From assembly GCF_006345805.1 (NCBI RefSeq), contig NC_043024.1:4154001-4218000 (forward strand): DNA of 64,000 bases. Reading direction: 5' to 3'. Below are positions 23,646-35,639 of the stretch, in pieces. The number at the start of each line of letters is the position of its first letter. The stretch's first letter is position 1. The notes under the pieces are model-generated. The model ran no database searches. It was given only the letters and a program-made list of their open reading frames with translations, and was not told the DNA's origin. The position numbers were made by a program, and so were the translations under genes. The stretch comes from Octopus sinensis. Taxonomy: Eukaryota.

Positions 23646-24899
23646 TTATGAATCACAATTCAAAGATTTTCCTTTGCTGTGTGTTCGTTTGTGGCTATTC
23701 AAGTGACTTTTACAAATAAAAGATTTACCGCATATTTCACACGAACAAGGCCTTTCTCCTGTGTGACTACGAACATGGACTTTAAGATGACACTTATTGA
23801 AGAAGGATTTCCCGCAAATTTCACAGTGGAACGTTTTTTCTTCATCATGAAATCTTTTGTGTCTTTTTAAATCATAATTATCAGAGTAAGATTTTCCACA
23901 TACTTCGCAGTGGAATTCTTTTTTGTCATTATGTACTATACTGTGTCTTCTTAAATTACTCCCAGAACGGAAAGATTTTCCACATACTTCACATGGGAAC
24001 GGTTTTTCTCCTGTATGAATTCGTCTATGAAAAATGAGATTTGAGAGATTAATAAAAGATTTTCCACACGTTTCACAATAATAAGGTTTGTCTCCTGTGT
24101 GAACTCTTTTGTGAACTAGAAGACAAGCTTTCCTAATAAATGATTTTCCGCAGATTTCACAGTGGAAGGGCTTTTCTCCAGTGTGAATTCGTTTGTGATT
24201 TATCAAACAATCATTATGGAGATACGATTTTCCACATATATCACAGCAATAAGGTCTCTCCCCCGTGTGAATTCTTCTGTGAATTTTTAAGGCACTATTA
24301 TTAATAAATGATTTTCCACAGATAACACACTGATACGGTTTTTCCCCTGTGTGGATTTTTCTGTGACTGTTTAAAGCACTATTACTGACAAATGATTTTC
24401 CACACGTTTCACAGCGGAAAGGTTTTTCTCCCGTGTGGCTTCGTACATGGTCGACAAGGCGAGAATTATGAGTATACGATTTTCCACATATCTGACACAC
24501 AAAAGATCTTTCTCCCGTGTGAATTCGTTTGTGAGTTGTTAAATTAGTGGAATCAACAAAAGATTTTCCACATATATCACAGTGATAGGGTTTTTCTCCA
24601 GTGTGACTACGTTTGTGGACAATAAGTTGGTATTTCTGATTAAATGACTTTCCACAAATCTCACATTGAAATGGTTTTTCCCCAGTGTGTAACCTTTTAT
24701 GTTTTGTTAAATTACTGGAATTCGCAAAAGATTTTCCACATATCTCACAATTAATATTTCCCTTTGACGACTTTTCTTTTTGAGATAAAGTTTTCTTACC
24801 ACAAGATAATTGTTTCTGCACGTTGGATGTCTGTTTAACTGAATCTGTATCATCGGAAACATTTGTGTTAGAAACATCTGAGTGATTACCATCCTCCAT
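23646..24899 (-). CDS. ZNF4: C2H2 zinc-finger protein, 13 fingers, 417 aa
   Basis: Intact ORF; closest paralog is ZNF5 (shared N-terminal spacer and HSKGKSLNCDS C-terminus). Confidence 0.95.
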   Translation of the reverse strand: MEDGNHSDVSNTNVSDDTDSVKQTSNVQKQLSCGKKTLSQKEKSSKGNINCEICGKSFANSSNLTKHKRLHTGEKPFQCEICGKSFNQKYQLIVHKRSHTGEKPYHCDICGKSFVDSTNLTTHKRIHTGERSFVCQICGKSYTHNSRLVDHVRSHTGEKPFRCETCGKSFVSNSALNSHRKIHTGEKPYQCVICGKSFINNSALKIHRRIHTGERPYCCDICGKSYLHNDCLINHKRIHTGEKPFHCEICGKSFIRKACLLVHKRVHTGDKPYYCETCGKSFINLSNLIFHRRIHTGEKPFPCEVCGKSFRSGSNLRRHSIVHNDKKEFHCEVCGKSYSDNYDLKRHKRFHDEEKTFHCEICGKSFFNKCHLKVHVRSHTGERPCSCEICGKSFICKSHLNSHKRTHSKGKSLNCDS

Positions 24900-24930
24900 A
24901 TCAACGCTGGAGGAATTCTTGAAAACTGAT

Positions 24931-25696
24931 AATTAATAATAATAATGAAATTATTGTATACAGTGCTCAGGTGCACCACAACTTGTCAGAAAGTGCATAT
25001 AAAGTACATGCAGTAATGTACAAATGTCTGGGAAGTGAACAGTGTATGAATCAGATACATGCCCGTGTGTGTATGGAGGGGAGAAAATCAGTTGTAGTGT
25101 TGGCGAATCTCAGGAAGCATGGAAGTTTTGAAGGATGCAGTGCTCCGACAACTAACAACTGATGCCGGCAGTTTGTTCCATGCTTGAGCAACTCTTAGAG
25201 TGAAAAAATGTTTCTGAAAGAAAATTTAATTATTTTAATAATAATAATAATGAAATTATTGTATACAGTGCTCAGGTGCACCACAACTTGTCAGAAAGTG
25301 CGTATAAAGCATATGCAGTAATGTACAAATGTCTGGGAAGTGAACAGTGTATGAGTCAGATACATGCTTGCGTGTGTATGGAGGGGAGAAAGATCAGGTG
25401 TAGTGTTGACAAATCTCAGGAACCTTGGAAGTTTTGAAGGATGCAGTGCTCCGACAACTAACAACTGATGCCGGCAGTTTGTTCCATGCTTCAGCAACTC
25501 TTAGCGTGAAAAAATGTTTCCTAAAGTCATGGAAGGAGCTGTGCTGTTTTCTGACTTTGTAAACATGTCCACGGGTGTTAGACGGGTGCAGTTTGAAAAG
25601 GTGATCAGAGTTATTGTTTATAAGATGGTTGATAATTTTATGGGTGTCTGCCAAGTCAGCTGCCAGATGTTGAAGCTTCAATGTGTCCATGCCCAG
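24931..25696 (-). mobile_element. Two tandem CR1-like 3' ends (family 2), 30 nt upstream of the ZNF4 ATG
   Basis: NTRGHVYKVRKQ...FFTLRVAEAWNKLP...FK; (TTA)n tails. Confidence 0.9.
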
Positions 25697-25859
25697 ATGT
25701 CTGTAGATATAATCTATTACGGTTCAATTTCTGTCTTATGATATCCATCTCATGGGACTTCGTTTACAGGAGGAGAAAATATACAACGAAGATCAATCAA
25801 TTAACGTATTTGTGATGAACAGGAAATATTTAATTGGAGACACTGTTATTAATTAAGGA

Positions 25860-26716
25860 TCAATCAATTAACGACGTAACGTATTTGTGATGAAAAGGAA
25901 ATACAGGATCACACATCTAACAAGATCCAATAAGGAGTGTAATAAAATAATTTAATTGGAGACACTGTTATTAATTAAGGAACAATTAATTAACGATGAA
26001 AAGAAAATATTTAATCATCCCGGGAATCGAACCCGAGTCTGGTACATCGTATCGGTTGCTTGAAGCTATCTAAAATCATTAATGTTCCTGAGTTAATTAC
26101 TACACATAATAATAATTAAATTACCTGAGAAAATAATTAAGTCGACCGTCGATGATTTTTCTCTCACCTCAATGATACAACCGGTGATGGGACTGGAATG
26201 TCCCTAACGTAATTTAATACCGGCAGAAACAGTTTCCAAGCCGTTGTGAGATCCAAAGTTCCATCTTTTACCAAAATAAATATCGCGAAGAAATAAAGCA
26301 GGATTCAAATTGGGAATAACAATAAGGGAGAATACAAAAGTTAACTTGGCTTTCCTGAAATGAGTAAATAATTTCTTTAAAAAACACGCGGAATACGTTC
26401 AACATAAACTTCCTTTTATGTTCAGGCTAAATGTTTTTTTAATATGTATTGTACGTTTGTTATATCGAATGAGAAAAGAAAAACGAGAACAAAATATAAT
26501 TGTCAAAATTTATTTTCTGTCTCTCCACTTTTATTTAAAACATATATAGGTGCAGGAGTGGCTGTGTGGTAAGTAGCTTGTTTAACAACCACATGGTTCC
26601 GGGTTCAGTCCCACTGCGTGGCATCTTGGGCAAGTGTCTTCTGCTATAGCCCCGGGCCGACCAATGCCTTGTGAGTGAATTTGGTAGACGGAAACTGAAA
26701 GAAGCCCGTCGTATAA

Positions 26717-26761
<45 letters not shown>

Positions 26762-27360
26762 GGTTTGTGTGTTTGTGTTTGTCCCCCTAGCATTGCTTGA
26801 CAACCGATGCTGGTGTGTTTACGTCCCCGTCACTTAGCGGTTCGGCAAAAGAAGACCGATAGAATAAGTACTGGGCTTACAAAGAATAAGTCCCTGGGTC
26901 GATTTCCTCGACTAAAGGCGGTGCTCCAGCATGGCCGCAGTCAAATGACTGAAACAAGTAAAAGAGTAAACGTGGCATCTTCAGAAAAATATGGATGGAT
27001 TCCTTACACAAAGTGTCTCCTTTATACGAGAACCTCTTTATCATATTTATGATGGACCATATTGTAAATTTATTTTGTCTTCAAACTAATTATATATTGA
27101 AATATATTCTGTAGGCTTTACGTATTCGTTTCGGTAAAGCCAAGTTAGGTTTTGCCTTCCTTTTTATTGGTTATTACGGGTTTTTATTCCTCCTCCTCCT
27201 TTATGTCGTTTGTTATTAACAGTTGTAGAACTGCTAGAAATAGCAGCCAAAACCATCCGGTATTGGGATCTGATTTAAAAGCATATCGGTTGCTTTTCGT
27301 AGCAGGTAAAGCAACCGTGAGAAATACAAGAGGTATCTCCCCCGAGCTTTACTAAAGAAT
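25860..27360 (-). promoter_or_regulatory. ZNF4 upstream module, donor CAG|GTAATT at 26124
   Basis: Highly similar to 33340-34330; a SINE sits at 26548-26968 where ZNF5 has the empty site. Confidence 0.55.
26548..26968 (+). mobile_element. SINE family A
   Basis: Empty site at ~34015 in the ZNF5 module. Confidence 0.9.
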
Positions 27361-27564
27361 TCAGCGGTTCATTTATCTTTCTCAGTCATTAGACTGCGGC
27401 CACGCTGGAGTACCACCTTGAAAAATTTTAATCGAAGAAATTGACATCAGTTTTTTCTCTTTATGCCTGACACCTTTTTATTGGCCATTTTTACCGAACC
27501 GCTAAGTCATGTGAACGTAAACACAGCAACACCAGTTATCAAACACTAGGTGGGGGGGGACAAA

Positions 27565-27745
27565 CACAACACACTATATATATATATATATATACACACA
27601 ACACACTATATATATATATACACACACAACACACTATATATATATATATATATATACACACAACACACTATATATATATATACACACACAACACACTATA
27701 TATATATATATATATACACACAACACACTATATATATATATAAAG
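27565..27745. repeat. Minisatellite, (acacaacacac-tata...) x ~6
   Basis: Visible tandem unit of ~30 bp. Confidence 0.85.
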
Positions 27746-27772
27746 AATAAGTCCTGGTGTCGATTTGCTCGA

Positions 27773-28081
27773 CTGTTTCAGTCGAGCAAATCGACCCCAA
27801 GACTTATTCTTTGTAAGCCAAGTACTTATTCTACCGGTCTCTTTTGCTGAACCGCTAAGTTACGGGGACATAAACACACCAGAATCTGTTGTCAAGCGAT
27901 GTTGGGGGGACAAACACAAACACATACATATATACGACGGGCTTCTTTCAGTTTCCATCTACCAAATCCACTCACAAGGCTTTGGTTGGCCCGAGGCTAT
28001 AGCAGAAGACACTTGCTCAAGGTGAACCCACAACCATGTGGTTCGTAAGCAAACTGCTTACCACACAGCCACTCCTGCGCC
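27773..28081 (-). mobile_element. SINE family A
   Basis: Reverse-complement copy. Confidence 0.85.
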
Positions 28082-28100
28082 TATATATATATGTATATAT

Positions 28101-28325
28101 ACTTTATTTAAAGCAGCAGAAAATTCTACAAAGCCTGTTACTCTGAGTTTCATGTTCCCGTTCATTGGACAGTTTTTTCTATCAAAAACTGTCCGATGAA
28201 CGGGAAACTCAGAGTAACAGGTTTTGTAGAATTTTCTGCTGCTTTAAATAAAGCATATTACTCTACCACTGGTATTTGAGTACTCTTTTTTCCACCTTGT
28301 TTCACATTTATATGTTTACTCCAGT
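28101..28325. mobile_element. Penelope-like element with inverted terminal segment; both arms carry degenerate hammerheads
   Basis: ~70-bp inverted arms (28101-28176 / 28184-28253); same family as 57893-58030. Confidence 0.55.
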
Positions 28326-29167
28326 ATATATATCAAATTACAGCACACACATATATATATATATATTATCGATATTATAAAAACCAAGACAGAAAAAGGA
28401 GATAAGATTAATAAAAGTTTATTAAGACATGGACAAGACCAGACTTACAGTTGTTTCAGTTCATTACTTTGTGTTTATAAAAATAATATAGATGTATGTG
28501 TCGATATTGATAGGTATTTAACTAGTCTAATCTTAGTTCTTTATTGCCCACAAGGGGCTAAACACAGAGGGGACAAACAAGGACAAAGGGATTGAGTCGA
28601 TCACATTGCCCCCAGTGCATGACTGGTACTTAATTTATCGACCCCGAAAGGATGAAAGGCAAAGTCGACCTCGGTGGAATTTGAACTCAGAACGTAACGG
28701 CAGACGAAATACCTATTTCTTTACTACCCACAAGGGGCTAAACACAGAGGGGACAAACAAGGACAAAGGGATTGAGTCGATCATATTGCCCCCAGTGCAT
28801 GACTGGTACTTAATTTATCGACCCCGAAAGGACGAAAGGCAAAGTCAACCACGGCAAAACGTAACAACAGATGAAATACCTATTTCTTTACTACCCACAA
28901 GGGGCTAAACATAGTGATGACAAACAAGGACAGACGAACGGATTAAGTTGATTATATCGACCCCAGTGTGTAACTGGTACTTATTTAATCGACCCCGAAA
29001 GGATGAAAGGCGAAGTCGACCTCGGCGGAATTTGAACTCAGAACGTAGCGGCAGACGAAATACGGCTATGCATTTCGACCGGCGTGCTAACGTTTCTGCC
29101 AGATCGCTGCCTTTCCAATCTAATCTTGGATATCTCTATCCCTCCGAGGTTTATATCCTCACCTGTG

Positions 29168-29545
29168 GAGGTGCAATGGCCCAGTGGTTAGGGCAGCGGA
29201 CTCGCGGTTTCGATTCCCAGACCGGGCGTTGTGAGTGTTTATTGAGTGAAAACACCTAAAAGCTCCACAAGGCTCCGGCAGGGGATGGTGGTGATCCCTG
29301 CTGTACTCTTTCACCACAACTTTCTCTCACTCTTACTTCCTGTTTCTGTTGTTGTACCTGTATTTCAAAGGGCCGGCCTTGTCACTCTGTGTCACGCTGA
29401 ATATCCCCGAGAACTACGTTAAGGGTACACGTGTCTGTGGAGTGCTCAGCCACTTACACGTTAATTTCACGAGCAGGCTGTTCCATTGATCGGATCAACC
29501 GGAACCCTCATCGTCGTAACCGACGGAGTGCTTCCATCCATCCAT
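29168..29545 (+). mobile_element. SINE family C (tRNA head GCAATGGCCCAGTGG)
   Basis: Other copies at 7107-7410, 31691-32075, 62363-62733 (-). Confidence 0.85.
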
Positions 29546-29656
29546 ATCCTCACCTGTACTTTGATATATACCATAAGAACAATTAATTGGTTTGTTTATT
29601 TATTTATGCATTTTATTTATACTCTCAGAAATAAACTGATAAACAGTAATAATAAA

Positions 29657-29882
29657 TCATTATTTACATTTGACGGATATTTGTCCTCATCTTGTTTGTT
29701 GTTAAAACAATGTTTCGGCTGATATACCCTCGAACCTTCATCAGGTGTCTTGGGAAAATTTTGAACCTGGGTTCTCATTCCTAAGGTATTTTTCAATGTT
29801 ATTATTCAGGTCACTGCCTGGAATCGAACTTGGAATCTTGGGGTTAGTAGCCCACGCTCTTAACCACTACGCCATATGCCTG
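29657..29882 (-). mobile_element. tRNA-headed SINE-like element carrying a decayed hammerhead motif (29704-29749)
   Basis: A box TGGCGTAGTGG, B box AGTTCGATTCC, then gacac-CTGATGA-a-ggtt...agcc-GAAAC-ATT-gtttt; a 3' fragment of the same family lies at 30160-30238. Confidence 0.65.
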
Positions 29883-30299
29883 TGTAAATAATGTACATAA
29901 TTTCTCATCTCTTAAATATAGAAGTAAATCATTATATGATTTGGATTATGTTGGTAGAATATGGAGAATATTGAAGTTGATGTATCATTCAAGGACGTAC
30001 CGGTACCATCTAAAAAGAAATTTATCAAAGACTTGATTTATAAAACTAGTGAATTCATCCAAAGGCTCAGATGGAGTGTGTACCATTATGGCAGAAAGGA
30101 TTCGACACATAACCATTCTATGAATGAATTTGATATTTGAGGCTGATAATATAATTCACCATTATTTACATTTGATGGATATTTGTCCTCATCTTGTTTG
30201 TTGATAACACAGAGTTTCAGCTGAGATACTCTCCAGCTTTCTATAATTCACAATCATAAAATCTCCGATGAATACTAAGAGTTACAAAGAAAGTATTTC

Positions 30300-31637
30300 T
30301 TATGAATCGCAATTCAAAGATTTTCCTTTGCTGTGTGTTCGTTTGTGGCTATTCAAGTGACTTTTACAAATAAAAGATTTACCGCAAATTTCACAGGAAC
30401 AAGGCCTTTCTCCAGTGTGACTACGAACATGGACAATAAGATTACAATTATCGAAGAAAGATTTTCCGCAAATTTCGCAGTGGAACGTTTTTTCACCATC
30501 GTGAATTCGTTTGTGTCTTTTTAAATCACAATTATTAAAATAAGATTTTCCACAAATTTCACAGTGGAATTCTTTTTTCTCAGTATGTATAATATTATGT
30601 CTTCTTAAATTACTCCCAGAATAGAAAGATTTTCCACATATTTCACAAGGGAATGGTTTTTCCCCTGTATGTATTCTTCTGTGACCAATGAGATGTGAAT
30701 TATTAATAAAAGATTTTCCGCACGTTTCACAAAAATAAGGCTTCTCACCTGTGTGAACTCTTTTGTGAAGCAGAAGACGGGAATTCCTAATAAATGATTT
30801 TCCGCAGATTTCACAGCGGTGAGGTTTTTCCCCGGTGTGGCTATGTACGTGGATAACAAGTTTTGAGCTATTAATGAAGGATTTTCCGCAGATTTCACAG
30901 TGATAAGGCTTTTCCCCCGTGTGAATTCGTTTGTGAATTGTTAGACAACTGCTATTGACGAAAGATTTTCCACATATATCACAGCAATAAGGTCGTTCCC
31001 CCGTGTGAATTCTCCTGTGGATTTTTAAGGCGCTATTACTAATAAATGATTTTCCACAGATAACACACTGATACGGTTTTTCCCCTGTATGGATTCTGCT
31101 GTGACTTCTTAAAGAACTATTACTGACAAAGGATTTTCCACACGTTTCACAGCGGAAAGGTTTTTCTCCCGTGTGACTTCGAACATGGGCAACAAGGCGA
31201 GAATTATGCGTAAAGGACTTTCCACATATCTGACACACAAAAGATCTTTCTCCCGTGTGAATTCGTTTGTGACTTGTTAAATAAGTATAATCGACAAATG
31301 ATTTTCCACATATATCACAGTGATAGGGTTTTTCTCCAGTGTGACTACGTTTGTGGACAATAAGGTGATATTTCTGATTCAATGATTTTCCACAAATTTC
31401 ACACTGAAACGGTTTTTCCCCCGTGTGTAATCGTCTGTGTTTTGTTAAATTACTGGAATTCACAAAAGATTTTCCACATATCTCACAATTAATATTTCCC
31501 TTTGACGACTTTTCTTTTTGAGATAAAGTTTTCTTACCACAAGATAATTGTTTCCGCACATTGGATGTCTGTTTAACTGAATCTGTATCATCGGAAACAT
31601 TTGTGTTAGAAGTGTCTGAGTGATTACCATCCTCCAT
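30300..31637 (-). CDS. ZNF5: C2H2 zinc-finger protein, 14 fingers
   Basis: ATG 31637; intact ORF; one more finger than ZNF4. Confidence 0.95.
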   Translation of the reverse strand: MEDGNHSDTSNTNVSDDTDSVKQTSNVRKQLSCGKKTLSQKEKSSKGNINCEICGKSFVNSSNLTKHRRLHTGEKPFQCEICGKSLNQKYHLIVHKRSHTGEKPYHCDICGKSFVDYTYLTSHKRIHTGERSFVCQICGKSFTHNSRLVAHVRSHTGEKPFRCETCGKSFVSNSSLRSHSRIHTGEKPYQCVICGKSFISNSALKIHRRIHTGERPYCCDICGKSFVNSSCLTIHKRIHTGEKPYHCEICGKSFINSSKLVIHVHSHTGEKPHRCEICGKSFIRNSRLLLHKRVHTGEKPYFCETCGKSFINNSHLIGHRRIHTGEKPFPCEICGKSFYSGSNLRRHNIIHTEKKEFHCEICGKSYFNNCDLKRHKRIHDGEKTFHCEICGKSFFDNCNLIVHVRSHTGERPCSCEICGKSFICKSHLNSHKRTHSKGKSLNCDS

Positions 31638-31690
31638 ATTAACGCTGGAGGAATTCCTCAAAACTTATGTCTGTGGATATAATCTATTAT

Positions 31691-32075
31691 GAGGAGGCGC
31701 AATGGCCCAGTGGTTAGGGCAGCGGATTCGCGGTCGTAGGATTGCGGTTTCGATCCCCAGACCGGGCGTTGTGAGTGTTTATTGAGCGAAAACACCTAGA
31801 GCTCCACGAGGCTCCGGCAGGGGATGGTGGTGATCCCTGCTGTACTCTTTCACCACAACTTTCTCTCACTCTTTGTTTCTGTTGTACCTGTATTTCAAAG
31901 GGCCGGCCTTGTCACTCTCTGTGTCACGCTGAATATCCCCAAGAACTACGTTAAGAATACACGTGTCTGTGGAGTGCTCAGCCACTTACATGTTAATTTC
32001 ATGAGAAGGCTGTTCCATTGTTCGGATCAACCGGAACCCTCGTCGTCGTAACCGACGGAGCGCTTCCATCCATCC
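31691..32075 (+). mobile_element. SINE family C, 53 nt upstream of the ZNF5 ATG
   Basis: 10-bp TSD AATCTATTAT (31681-90 / 32076-85). Confidence 0.9.
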
Positions 32076-33279
32076 AATCTATTATGGTTCAATTTTTTGT
32101 CTTATGATTACCCATCTCATGGGACTTTGTTTACAGGTGGAGAAAATATACAATGTAGATTTATTTTTTGCAGAACACTCAGAATGTTTGTTTCTGGCTG
32201 GGAAACCTCCAAGTGGCACACATGTTGTGGACAAAGACACTACGTTAATAATTGCAGATAGAGTGAAAAGAAGTTAAGTAGGTTGAAGACTTAGAGAAAG
32301 AGGGCATCCATAAATAATTGGTAGCAAGGGTTCTGGTGGAATTGGTATTTTCATATGACAGGTTTAATGGAGCATTCAGCACAGCTGTAAAGGAAAAAAT
32401 ATATGACTGTATAAGACAAATGTTGGCTAAAGTATATCAAGTCTGAATAAATAACAATTGTTCACACACAAACTATTGCCGACAAATTTCTTTGTAATCG
32501 TAATCTACACCGTTTGAAAGGTATTTGTATAAAATTTCATTTAAAAATATCTATTTTCCAGAAATGTCAGATCGTGTGAATTTAGCGAAACTCCTCTCCC
32601 CACAAATTTTTTCCAACAAATCTTTTTACATACACTCAATCTACAGGATCTAAGCGATAATTTGTTGAAAATTTCGGTAAAAGTATCCGTGTTTCTGGAT
32701 GTTATGCACCCAAAACGATGAAAGATAAAGTCGACCTCGGCAGGATTTGAACTCAGAACGTAAAGACGAACGAAATGCCACGAAGCCCGCCGTCGAAACA
32801 TTAATTCAAATATTAATAATAGCAACTCAATAAGTCGAAACCACCTGGGTCTGCCCCAAGCGAAGAAATAAACAGTGTTGTGGTACAATGTATTATCTTT
32901 TGTTTTTTTTTTTAAATGTTATGATTTAAGAAAGATTTGGTTGCTATTTCTAGCAGGTCGAGTGATCATGTAAAGACGTCGTGTATACTGTTCCATGGGG
33001 GCAGTTGTGCTTCCTGGTATGTCTAGCGATATATATTGTGATAGGTTAAACCTATATTATTTTAAATGCTTGTAAAAAATTTGAGATTAATCCGAGGAAG
33101 TAAAAAAAAAAAGAAGAATTAATGCAATTTTCGCCAAAAGCATCCAACATCAGAATGAAATTCGAAAAACTTCAGGTAATTAGAAAGAAATTTAACAAGA
33201 TCCAGTAAAACAGATAATACGGACTTTAAATTTAAATGTCAAATGAAAAGTGAGGAAGAACCAAGAAAAGTTAATTAAT

Positions 33280-34330
33280 TAGTCGTTAATTAAAACACAT
33301 TTCAGCTTTCCTGTAAAACAGTGGACCCAATGTTTTAGGATCCACGGACCGAAGGATCACACATCTAACAAGATCCAATAAGGAGCATAAAATAATTTAA
33401 TTAGAGACACTGTTATTAATTAAGGATCAATTAATTAACGATGTAAGGTACTTGTGATGAAAAGAAAATATTTAATCACCCCCGGGGATCGAACCCCGAA
33501 TCTCATACATCGTATTGGTTGCTTGAAGCTATCTAAAATCATTAATGTTCTTGAGTTAATTACTACACATAATAATAATTAAATTACCTGAGAAAATAAT
33601 TAAAGTCGACCGTTGATGATTTTTCTCTCACCTCAATGATACAACCGGTGACGGGAGTGGAATGTCCCTGACGTAATTTAATACCGGCAGAAACAGTTTT
33701 CGAGCCGTTGTTGGATCCAAAGTTCCATCTTTTACCAAAATAAATATCGCGAAGAACTATAGAAGAATTCAAATTGGGAATAGTAATAAGGGAGAATACA
33801 AAAGTTAACTTGGCTTTCCCGAAATAAGTAAATAATTCCTTTAAAACACACGCGTAATACGTTCAGCACAGATCTCTTTTATGTTCAGGCTAAATGTTTT
33901 TTAAATATGTATTGAACGTTTGTTTTATCGAACGGGAAAAGAAGGACAATAACGAAAATAAAACAGCATTTTCAAAATTTATTTTGTATCTCTCCACTTT
34001 TATTTAAAACATATATAACGTGGCATCTTCAGAAAAATATGGATAGAATTCTTACACAAAGTGTCTCCTTTATACAAGAACCTGTTTATCATATTTATAA
34101 ACTATATTCTAAATTTATTTAGTATCAAAACTAAATATATATTGAATTAAATTCCATATGCTTTACGTATTCGTTTCGGTAAAGCCAAGTTAGGTTTTGT
34201 ATTCCTATTTATTGGTTATTACGGTTTTTATTCCACTTCATTCATGCTGTTGGTAATTAACAGTTGTAGAACTGCTAGAAATAGCAGCCAAAACCATCTC
34301 AAACCTAGTCTCGCCTGTCTGGAGAACGAA
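33280..34330 (-). promoter_or_regulatory. ZNF5 upstream module, donor CAG|GTAATT at 33587
   Basis: Paralog of the ZNF4 module. Confidence 0.55.
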
Positions 34331-34752
34331 TAACATTTGAGAACATAATCTTAGATATACATAAAAAAAACCTACATGGTCACGGCTGGAACGCATTTGT
34401 TAAGACTAGTTTGAAATTAAACAACATCGTTTTGTCTAAATTAACTATAAATTGATAGGGATCAGTCCATTGAGGAAATGTAATTTAATGAATTCTTTAA
34501 AAATTTAATATATTTTATTTCTTTCACTTAAACAATAAAAAAAAAATATCGAAGACCCCCCCTCCCCTTATGAACGGAAAATTTGTTATAAAAACACCAA
34601 AAGAGACTTAAAAACTTGCATAAATTTGACAAAAATGAATAACACATCCAATACCATAATGCGTTTCGTTCGCTCCGTGCCGGTATTTTAATTATTTGAG
34701 TGAGGTTTGTTTTAATCGTACGTATATGAATGTCACCATATACTTCTCCTAC

Positions 34753-35045
34753 ACGCAGGAGTGGCTGTGTGGTAAGTAGCTTGCTTACCAACCACATGGT
34801 TCCGGGTTCAGTCCTACTGCGTGGCATCTTGGGCAAGTGTCTTCTGCTATAGCCCCGGGTTGACCAATGCCTTGTGAGTGGATTTGGTAGACGGAAACTG
34901 AAAGAAGCCTGTCGTATATATGTATATGTATATTTGTGTGTCTGTGTTTGTCCCCCTAGCATTGCTTGACAACCGATGCTGGTGTGTTTACGTCCCCGTC
35001 ACTTAGCGGTTCGGCAAATGACTGAAACAAGTAAAAGAGAAAGAG
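34753..35045 (+). mobile_element. SINE family A (internally deleted)
   Basis: Head plus shortened tail. Confidence 0.85.
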
Positions 35046-35639
35046 TATATCAAAATTAATAAACGCAAAATCTTGTCTGTCTGGGATCCTGTATCTCAGC
35101 CTACATTCGCTCTACAGAGACATATTATATACCGTTTTGGAATCAGGATGGTCCCAGCATTGAAAATCTGCCCTTCATTTGGTTCTTGATCATTCAACAT
35201 TGGGATCTGATTTAAAAGTATTTCGGCTGCTATTTCTAGCAGGTAAAACGACCGTGAGAAGTACAAGAGTTATCTCCCTTAGTTTTAAGTTTTATCTTTC
35301 TCAGTCATTAGACTGCGGCCATGCTGGAGCACCGCCTGGAAGAATTTTAATCGAAGAAATTGACACCAGTTCTTTCTTTTCTATTGACCACTTTTACCGA
35401 ACCGCTAAGTTATGTGAACGTAAACACCAACACCACTTATCAAGCACTGGTGGGGGACAGTCACAATACAAATATACACACACACACATACACATATATA
35501 TATACATACATACATGTGTGTGTGTGTGTGTATCTTCTATTCAAATTTTAAAAGAACTCCAAAAATTTGTGAAGTTACAAGTTTTTCATATTAGTCCGCT
35601 AATACCATATTGCTAAGCTAGCAATAAATGCTTTATTTT

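Noticed and set aside
29168-29240. SINE heads as functional tRNA genes
   Set aside because: A and B boxes present but no complete cloverleaf, and each is followed by SINE body sequence
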